Source of the DNA: Candidatus Eiseniibacteriota bacterium
GTDB taxonomy: Bacteria > Desulfobacterota > Binatia > UBA9968
NCBI GenBank assembly: GCA_035559295.1
Contig: DATMBL010000158.1
Coordinates: 1 to 56,561, forward strand
Length of the DNA: 56,561 bases
Direction: 5' to 3'
The position numbers and the translations under genes are program-made. The notes beneath the pieces are model-generated. The model ran no database searches. It was not told the origin of the DNA and saw nothing but the letters and a program-made list of their open reading frames with translations. The stretch's first letter is position 1; every line of letters starts with the position of its first letter. Below, piece by piece: positions 50,665 through 56,561 of the stretch.

Positions 50665-50695
50665 GAGCCGAGAGACTTCTCTCGGCTCTTTTTTT
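50665..50695 (+). terminator. Rho-independent terminator between carD and ispD
   Basis: A 10-bp perfect stem GAGCCGAGAG / CTCTCGGCTC with loop ACTT is followed by seven T. The T-run ends 10 nt before the ispD ATG. Confidence 0.85.
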
Positions 50696-50705
50696 GACCG
50701 ACATC

Positions 50706-51428
50706 ATGCGCGCCACCGCCGTGATCGCCGCCGCCGGCAGAGGAAACCGCATGGGCGGCGCCGGATCCAAAGTCTATTTGCCGCTGCACGGCCGCGCCAT
50801 GCTTCTCCATACCCTGGATCGCTTCGCGGCCGCGCGGCGCATTGCCGACGTCATCGTGGTTGTCGCCGCGGCGGATCTCGACGGTTGCCGGGCGCTGATC
50901 CAGGCCGATCCCCAACTCCGGACCTCGGAATATCGGCTCCAAGCGGGCGGCGCGAGCCGGCAGGAGTCCGTCCGTCTCGGCTTGCAGAGGCTTCCCGCCG
51001 AATGCGACATCGTTGTCATCCATGACGGCGCCCGGCCGCTCGTTTCGCCGGCGCTGATCGATCGCTGCGTCGATGAGGCGTGGCAGAAGGAGGCGGTCGC
51101 AGCCGGAGTGCCCGTGCGGGACACAATCAAACAAGTGTCACCCGCCGGTACGGTTCGATCGACGCTGGATCGAAGCGCGCTGTGGGAAATCCAAACACCG
51201 CAGGCATTCCGCCGCCAGATCATCGTCGAGGCGCACGAGGCGGCTCGCAGAGATCACGCGGTTGCAACCGACGATGCTGGGCTCGTCGAGCGGTTGGGAA
51301 AGCCGGTTTACGTGCTCGACGGGGAACGGTGGAACATCAAAATGACGGTAGCGGAAGATCTGCTCCTGGCCGAAGCGTTGATGCGGGCGGGACGCCTTCC
51401 ATGGCTATCCGAGCAGGGTTCAAGCTGA
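50706..51428 (+). CDS. ispD: 2-C-methyl-D-erythritol 4-phosphate cytidylyltransferase
   Basis: The sequence is MRATAVIAAAGRGNRMG..KVYLPL (P-loop-like AAGxGxRM), followed by VHDGARP, DTIK and QTPQ.F. Confidence 0.9.
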   Translation: MRATAVIAAAGRGNRMGGAGSKVYLPLHGRAMLLHTLDRFAAARRIADVIVVVAAADLDGCRALIQADPQLRTSEYRLQAGGASRQESVRLGLQRLPAECDIVVIHDGARPLVSPALIDRCVDEAWQKEAVAAGVPVRDTIKQVSPAGTVRSTLDRSALWEIQTPQAFRRQIIVEAHEAARRDHAVATDDAGLVERLGKPVYVLDGERWNIKMTVAEDLLLAEALMRAGRLPWLSEQGSS

Positions 51429-52238
51429 AACGGGGCCCGAGTGTATCGCCTCGTTCATGCTGCCGCTACGGTAGCCCTGAAGATCGATGCTCACATATTT
51501 GAAACCCGTAGCCTTGAACTGTCGCACCACGGCGTCGCGAACGGCGCGGTCGAAAAACCGGTCGAATTCCGCTTGCGCAACTTCGATCCGCGCGAGATCG
51601 CCATGGTAGCGGACGCGAAACTCCCGAAACCCGAGCTGTTTCAAAAAAACTTCGCAGGCGCCGACTTGCTTCAAGCGATCCAGATTGATGGCCGTGCCGT
51701 AGGGGAACCTCGACGACAGGCAAGGACTCGAAGGCTTGTCCCAGGTCGGCAGTCCCAACTCCCGGCTGTAGCGCCGAATCGCATCCTTGGTGAGACCGGC
51801 TTCGACCAGCGGATGACGAATACCCCACTGGCGGGCCGCTTCAAGCCCCGGCCGGTGATCGTTGAGATCGTCGAGATTCGTGCCGTCGGCAATCGTGGAA
51901 ATGCCCAAGTCCCGCGCTTGCGCGCGGCAGATCCGGTAGAGCTCGTCTTTACAAAAAAAGCAGCGATTAACGGGATTGCGCGCAAACGAGGGATTGTCCA
52001 GCTCGTTGCTCGATACGATAACGTGGCGGCAGCCGAGCGATCGCGCGAAAGCCGTGGCCGCTTCGAGCTCGCCGGGCGGCGCGGTCGGCGAAGCAGCGGT
52101 CAACGCCACCGCGCGATCGCCGAGCACCATATAGGCGGCCTTGAGCAGAAACGTCGAATCCACGCCCGCGGAAAAAGCCACCAGGAGCCCGTCGAGCCGC
52201 CGAAGAATGTCTGTCAGCTGGTCGAACTTTGCGTCCAT
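51420..52238 (-). CDS. larE: PP-loop ATP pyrophosphatase of the LarE / TIGR00268 type (sulfur transferase)
   Basis: 272 aa. The PP-loop is [10 protein letters not shown]. Also seen are RCFFCK (CxxC) and [13 protein letters not shown] (the LarE-type Cys). The start overlaps the cysK 3' end by 25 nt. Confidence 0.75.
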   Translation of the reverse strand: MDAKFDQLTDILRRLDGLLVAFSAGVDSTFLLKAAYMVLGDRAVALTAASPTAPPGELEAATAFARSLGCRHVIVSSNELDNPSFARNPVNRCFFCKDELYRICRAQARDLGISTIADGTNLDDLNDHRPGLEAARQWGIRHPLVEAGLTKDAIRRYSRELGLPTWDKPSSPCLSSRFPYGTAINLDRLKQVGACEVFLKQLGFREFRVRYHGDLARIEVAQAEFDRFFDRAVRDAVVRQFKATGFKYVSIDLQGYRSGSMNEAIHSGPVSA

Positions 52239-53177
52239 CGCTTATCGCCGAAGAGATCCGTACTGAGGTAGTGCTCGCCTTTGTCGGCGAAAATCGTCAC
52301 CACGACGTGTCCCTTGCCGAGATCCCTCGCGACCTTCAAAGCTGCGCAACAAGCGGCGCCCGAGGAGATCCCCACGAGAAGCCCCTCTTCGGAGGCGAGG
52401 CGGCGCGTCCAAGAAACCGCCTCCTCGTCGCTGACGGTAAGCACCCGATCCAAGATCTGGCGGTTCAAAACCGCCGGAATAAAGCCCGCGCCGATCCCCT
52501 GGATCTTGTGGTAGCCCGGCTCGCCTCCGGAAATCACCGGTGAGGAGCTGGGCTCCACGGCGCACACCTTCACGTGCTTCATTTTTTCTTTGAGAACTTC
52601 TCCCACTCCCGTGATCGTGCCGCCGGTGCCGACTCCGGCGACAAACGCGTCGATACGCTTGAATTGCTTCAGCAGTTCGACCGCCGTGGTCTTGCGATGC
52701 ATCTCGGGATTCGCCGGATTGTTGAACTGTTGCGGCATGAAGTACTCGGGATGCGCTTGCAACAGCTCTTCGGCCTTGTGGATGGCGCCGCCCATGCCCT
52801 TTGTATCCGGGGTGAGAACCAGGCGCGCGCCGTACGCCGCCAACAGGCTCCGGCGCTCCTCGCTCATCGTGTCGGGCATCGTGAGGATCAACCGATAGCC
52901 TTTGACGGCAGCGATCAACGCGAGACCCACGCCGGTGTTGCCGCTCGTGGGCTCGATGATGGTTGCTCCCGGCTTGAGCTTTCCTTCCCGTTCGGCGGCT
53001 TCGATCATATTGAGGCAGATCCGATCTTTGACCGAACCGCCGGGATTGAACGACTCCATCTTCGCCCAGACCTCGGCGTCGTTTTTACCCGGGAGCTTTC
53101 TCAATCGAACAACGGGTGTGGAACCGATCAGGTCGAGGATCGATCGGGCACCGTTCAAATTGCCCACGCTGGTCGTC
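52214..53177 (-). CDS. cysK: Cysteine synthase A (O-acetylserine sulfhydrylase)
   Basis: The PLP-Lys block is NPGGSVKDR. Also seen are TSGNTG and GTGGT.TG. The start is uncertain. The track ORF begins at a TTG at 53248. I prefer the GTG at 53177 because a TTGACT/TATAGC promoter-like pair lies at 53207..53233. Confidence 0.85.
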
Positions 53178-53206
53178 TTTCGCGAATGAAGTCGAACGGA
53201 GCTTAT

Positions 53207-53233
53207 GCTATATACTGGGAGTCTTGAAGTCAA
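53207..53233 (-). promoter_or_regulatory. Sigma70-type promoter candidate (TTGACT-15 nt-TATAGC) for cysK-larE
   Basis: The hexamers were read on the minus strand. The spacer is short at 15 nt, so confidence is low. Confidence 0.25.
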
Positions 53234-53409
53234 CGAAATGAAATCCAAACGCGCTCGAGCGACGGTTCATGCGCGCAGGGAGTCCATGAAAACCCAGGGT
53301 TTCGGTTCCTCCGGGAAGACGCTTCCCGGCCGCAAAGCAACCGGCTGCGCCTTGGTGCTCATGGTGCCCGCGGCTTTCGGCCTCGGCGGTCAAAACAGCG
53401 GGATGGCGC

Positions 53410-54432
53410 ATGCGTAGCCCTCGGAAACCGGCTAAGCGGGCGCTGATCCTTTTTCCCGGCGCGCTGGGTGACTTTGTTTGTTTCTTGCCGGCTCTCCGTA
53501 CGATCGCGCGGGGCGCGCGCGTGGACCTGCTTGCCAAGAGCGAATTCGCCGACCTCGTGCCGCCGGCGGTTACGGTCTATTCGCTGAATGCCGGCCTCGT
53601 CGGGCGGCTATTCATGCCGCGCGGGGGCGAAAGGCCGGATGTCCAGCGGTTTTTTGCGCCCTACGATGTGGTCTATTCCTGGTTTGGCGCGGCCGAGTCG
53701 GTTTTCGCCCGAGAACTGAAGCGGGCAACGCAAGGCAAAGGCCTCCTCTTCCCTTTCCGGCCGACCGACGGAACCGTGCACCAGTCCGATCACTATCTGT
53801 CGTGCCTCGGGGAGACGGGCTCTTCTCTGCCGATCGTTACAATCAATGGCGCCGCGCGCGCCTGGTGCGATCGATACTGGCTCCGCCATGAACTTCAGGA
53901 AAAGCCGGTCCTGGCGCTCGCGCCCGGAAGCGGCGCGCGCGAGAAGAATTGGCCGGTGGCTTTCTTCCGAGTGATCGCAGACTGGTGGCGGCGCGAATCG
54001 GGCGGCGCCGTGATCGTTGTCCTGGGACCGGTGGAGGAGGAGCGGGGAGGCTTCGAAGCGCTGCAGGATGTCGGGCCGGTGAGTGGCGCGCTCAGGCTCG
54101 GTCAGCTGGCGGCGCTGCTGTCGCGTTCTGCCGCTTATGTCGGCAATGACAGCGGCACGACGCATTTGGCGGCCGCCGTGGGCGTTTCGACCGTCGCGCT
54201 GTTTGGTCCCACGGATCCCGACCGCTGGGAGCCGCGCGGCCGCCGCGTTGCCATCGTGAGGAGAAGGCTTTCATGCTCGCCGTGCGCCGGCGAGACGATG
54301 AAGCACTGTGATCACCGGAGTTGTCTCGCAGCTTTGGACGCCGCCGATGTCATGATCGCCTTGGGTTCGGCGGCCGGGATCGGAAGCGGATCGCGCTCGA
54401 ACCGAGCGATGCAACCGCACGTGGCGGCTTGA
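53410..54432 (+). CDS. Glycosyltransferase family 9 (heptosyltransferase-like)
   Basis: Motifs seen are ILFPGALGDFV...PAL, the LAPGSGAREKNWP block and YVGNDSGTTHLAAAVG..TVALFGPTDP. Confidence 0.8.
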   Translation: MRSPRKPAKRALILFPGALGDFVCFLPALRTIARGARVDLLAKSEFADLVPPAVTVYSLNAGLVGRLFMPRGGERPDVQRFFAPYDVVYSWFGAAESVFARELKRATQGKGLLFPFRPTDGTVHQSDHYLSCLGETGSSLPIVTINGAARAWCDRYWLRHELQEKPVLALAPGSGAREKNWPVAFFRVIADWWRRESGGAVIVVLGPVEEERGGFEALQDVGPVSGALRLGQLAALLSRSAAYVGNDSGTTHLAAAVGVSTVALFGPTDPDRWEPRGRRVAIVRRRLSCSPCAGETMKHCDHRSCLAALDAADVMIALGSAAGIGSGSRSNRAMQPHVAA

Positions 54433-55619
54433 TGACCGGCACGATGGAAACCGTGGGCGTCGTCGGCCTCGGCCGCATGGGGTTCGATATCGCCTTTCTC
54501 TACGCGCGCAGCGGCTATCGCACGCTGATCTACGATGTCGCGGAACAAGCGATGCGGCACATCGAGGAGCGCTCGAATCGAGCGATCGCGAGGCTGGAGA
54601 GAAGAAACCGAATCTCCAAGGCGGAGGCGGCGCGCGTCAAAAACGGGCTCGTTCGCGTATCCGGTCCGGCGGCGATGGCACGCGCGCAGTTGGTGACCGA
54701 AGCGGTGGCGGAATCTTTGACGACTAAAAAAGCGGTTTACCGGGCGCTGCGCGACGGCGGTTTCAGCGGCATTCTCACGACCAACACATCGTCCCTGCCG
54801 CGGGCGAGTCTCATCGCCGACGGCGACTATCCGAGCGAGAAATTCGCCGCCGCGCATTTCTTCAACCCGGTGCTCTACACGCAGATGGTCGAGGTGGTGC
54901 GCGGCGATATGAGCGAGCCGAATTACGCCGCGCTAACCGCGTTTCTTTCAACGGTCGGGCGGAAACCGGTCTTGACGCGCGACATCTCGGGCTTTGTGTC
55001 CAACAGCGTGTTGATGTTTTATGCGGTGACGGCGCTCCGCCTGCTCGAGTGCGGCGCGGGGATCGAATCGATCGATGGCACGGCCAAGGGGCTCGGCGCA
55101 TTGCCGCCGCTCTTCAGCCTGGACAGCTGGAAGCCGTCGATCGTCGAGCACGTAACCCGCGCGATGTGTGAGTTTCGCGGCGATGATTTCTTGCGATCTG
55201 CGAAATTGCTCTCTGCGCTCGCGCGGAGAAACCCGCTGTTCTACGTGGGAGAGAAACCCAATCCCGCGATCTACGACCTCGTAGACAATCGTCGGGCGGC
55301 GCCGGCTCCGGCCGAAGTCGAGCTGGCGCTGCTAACCTCGGTGCGCGTTGCGGCGGCGAGAACCGTGGAGTTGGGCGAGTCGCCGGCAACGGTGGACTTA
55401 ATCGCAGTCGAAGGGCTCAAGTTTGCCGAACCGCCGTTGGCGACAATCGATGCGCTTGGTGCCGCGCGCGTTTTGCAAGATCTCCAAAGACTGAATGATG
55501 CGCTGTCGCTCGGCATGCCCGCGCCGCTGCTCCTCCGCGCCATGTCCGAGGAGAAGGAGTCCTTTTACAAAAACGGGCACGCCAATCCCTGGCTCTCCGC
55601 TCGGTGCCCTTCGGGATAG
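54432..55619 (+). CDS. 3-hydroxyacyl-CoA dehydrogenase family protein
   Basis: The ATG at 54432 overlaps the GT9 stop (TGATG). The Rossmann motif is VGVVGLGRMG. Also seen are TNTSSL, HFFNP and the C-terminal 3HCDH helical domain. Confidence 0.8.
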   Translation: MTGTMETVGVVGLGRMGFDIAFLYARSGYRTLIYDVAEQAMRHIEERSNRAIARLERRNRISKAEAARVKNGLVRVSGPAAMARAQLVTEAVAESLTTKKAVYRALRDGGFSGILTTNTSSLPRASLIADGDYPSEKFAAAHFFNPVLYTQMVEVVRGDMSEPNYAALTAFLSTVGRKPVLTRDISGFVSNSVLMFYAVTALRLLECGAGIESIDGTAKGLGALPPLFSLDSWKPSIVEHVTRAMCEFRGDDFLRSAKLLSALARRNPLFYVGEKPNPAIYDLVDNRRAAPAPAEVELALLTSVRVAAARTVELGESPATVDLIAVEGLKFAEPPLATIDALGAARVLQDLQRLNDALSLGMPAPLLLRAMSEEKESFYKNGHANPWLSARCPSG

Positions 55620-55696
55620 CAACTTGCAAATCTCAAAGTTCAAAATGGCCACTCCGAGATGGTGTGATGAGACCTTCCGGGCGCAGCGAGGAAGCG

Positions 55697-56530
55697 ATGC
55701 GCGCGATTGACGTTCACGTTCACCCGAGCACGCGCGGCGTTGACGCGCACGCCTGCGCCTATTTCCGGCGCGATGCGCGCGAGGTGCCGCAAACGGCGGA
55801 GGCGTTCTCGGCATTATATTCGCGGCACGACGTCCAAGCCCTTTTGATCGGCTGGCACCCGTCGACCGTGCGTGAGGGGTCACGTAATTCGAACGAGCAT
55901 GTCATCGAACTCTCGACGAAACATCCGGACTGTTTTCCGGGCGTGCTCGCTTCCCTGGATATGGCCGCGCATGATTTGCGCGCGGTGGCGCGCGACGCCG
56001 AAGCGCTGGCGCGCCATGCGAAAGTCGTCGGCTTCAAATTTCACCCTCCCGACCAGGCGTTTTATCCGAGCGACAAAAAGTACTACGAGATCTGGGAGGT
56101 CCTCGAGGCCGCGGGGAAACCGGTGATGTTTCACATCGGCTTTACCGTGCTCGGCGCCGGAACCGCGGGCGGCAGCGGCATCGGCCTCGACTACGGGCGT
56201 CCCGTTCATCTCGATACGCTTGCCAGGGATTTCCCGCGGATGACCGTTGTCGCGGCGCACCCGGGCTGGCCCTGGGTCGACGAGGCGATCGCGGTGTTGA
56301 CGCACAAGCGCAACGTGTACGTGGACACCTCGGGCTATTTGGCGGAGCAGTTGCCCCGGGTTTTTCAAAAAGCGATCGGCGGCCGGCTCCAAGACAAGGC
56401 GCTGTTCGGCACCGACTATCCCTATGTCGACTTGGCCGAAGCCCTCGCCAGCTTCGACCACATGGATTTCAGCGATCGGGTTAAAGACAAGCTGCTCGTG
56501 GAAAACGCGAAAAGAGTCTTTCGGCTTTGA
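55697..56530 (+). CDS. Amidohydrolase-2 (TIM-barrel metal-dependent hydrolase/decarboxylase) family protein
   Basis: The ATG at 55697 follows GAGGAAG. The sequence is MRAIDVHVHP (HxH). Also seen are FKFHP, MFHIG, AHPGWPW and FGTDYP (terminal Asp). Confidence 0.75.
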   Translation: MRAIDVHVHPSTRGVDAHACAYFRRDAREVPQTAEAFSALYSRHDVQALLIGWHPSTVREGSRNSNEHVIELSTKHPDCFPGVLASLDMAAHDLRAVARDAEALARHAKVVGFKFHPPDQAFYPSDKKYYEIWEVLEAAGKPVMFHIGFTVLGAGTAGGSGIGLDYGRPVHLDTLARDFPRMTVVAAHPGWPWVDEAIAVLTHKRNVYVDTSGYLAEQLPRVFQKAIGGRLQDKALFGTDYPYVDLAEALASFDHMDFSDRVKDKLLVENAKRVFRL

Positions 56531-56561
56531 AGGGAACATCCCGATGGCGGACACCGAAGCG

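Noticed and set aside
1-56561. CRISPR arrays, IS elements or transposases, toxin-antitoxin pairs, or recognisable defence-system genes
   Set aside because: I scanned both strands. I found no regularly spaced direct repeats, no DDE/HUH/serine-recombinase-like ORFs, and no nuclease, helicase or NTPase clusters of the kind typical of defence islands. The novelty in this window appears to be metabolic and regulatory rather than immune.

Overview
A 56.6 kb, high-GC bacterial chromosomal segment, densely coded on both strands. I call about 55 protein genes, 3 tRNAs and 2 to 3 pseudogenes. I found no rRNA, CRISPR array, transposase, integrase or phage genes. Taxonomy cannot be assigned from the sequence alone. 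Many long ORFs in the supplied track are antisense shadows typical of high-GC DNA and were discarded.

Content from left to right:
1. Two tandem paralogous thiamine-diphosphate enzymes.
2. A Glx-tRNA charging locus: gltX followed by tRNA-Gln(CUG) and tRNA-Glu(CUC), divergent from glnS.
3. A FadL-type outer-membrane channel.
4. A visibly AT-richer segment (about 8.0-12.9 kb) holding a small HTH protein, a VTC/CYTH-like protein, an MFS transporter and a PhnD-like binding protein. It runs into a four-gene sigma54 signalling cascade. One member is a triple-degenerate REC / AAA+ / kinase chimera.
5. pyrR and pyrE flanking a large minus-strand catabolic island. The island holds an M20 carbamoyl-amidohydrolase, an amidase-signature enzyme with a GatC/AtzG-like mini-ORF, a Bug binding protein, a secreted beta-propeller, a three-subunit molybdenum hydroxylase, a dihydroorotase-like cyclic amidohydrolase and a GntR regulator. 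On the opposite strand sit two permease-less ABC ATPases and a UbiD decarboxylase.
6. A second AT-richer, decaying segment (34.5-37.8 kb) with a frameshifted Crp/Fnr gene and binding-protein remnants.
7. An orphan molybdenum-hydroxylase large subunit and a sensor-less histidine kinase.
8. A housekeeping stretch: pncA, IMPase, Rieske, HIT, gdh, efp, coaE, grxC, tRNA-Cys, rimI, carD, ispD, larE, cysK, GT9 and others. It includes an unusual ferredoxin / membrane / Hsp20-like fusion protein.

The best candidates for undescribed biology are the degenerate signalling chimera with its VTC/MFS/SBP front end, the N-heterocycle catabolic island with the AtzE/AtzG-like pair, and the ferredoxin fusion. 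All functional calls rest on motif recognition by eye. No database search was run.
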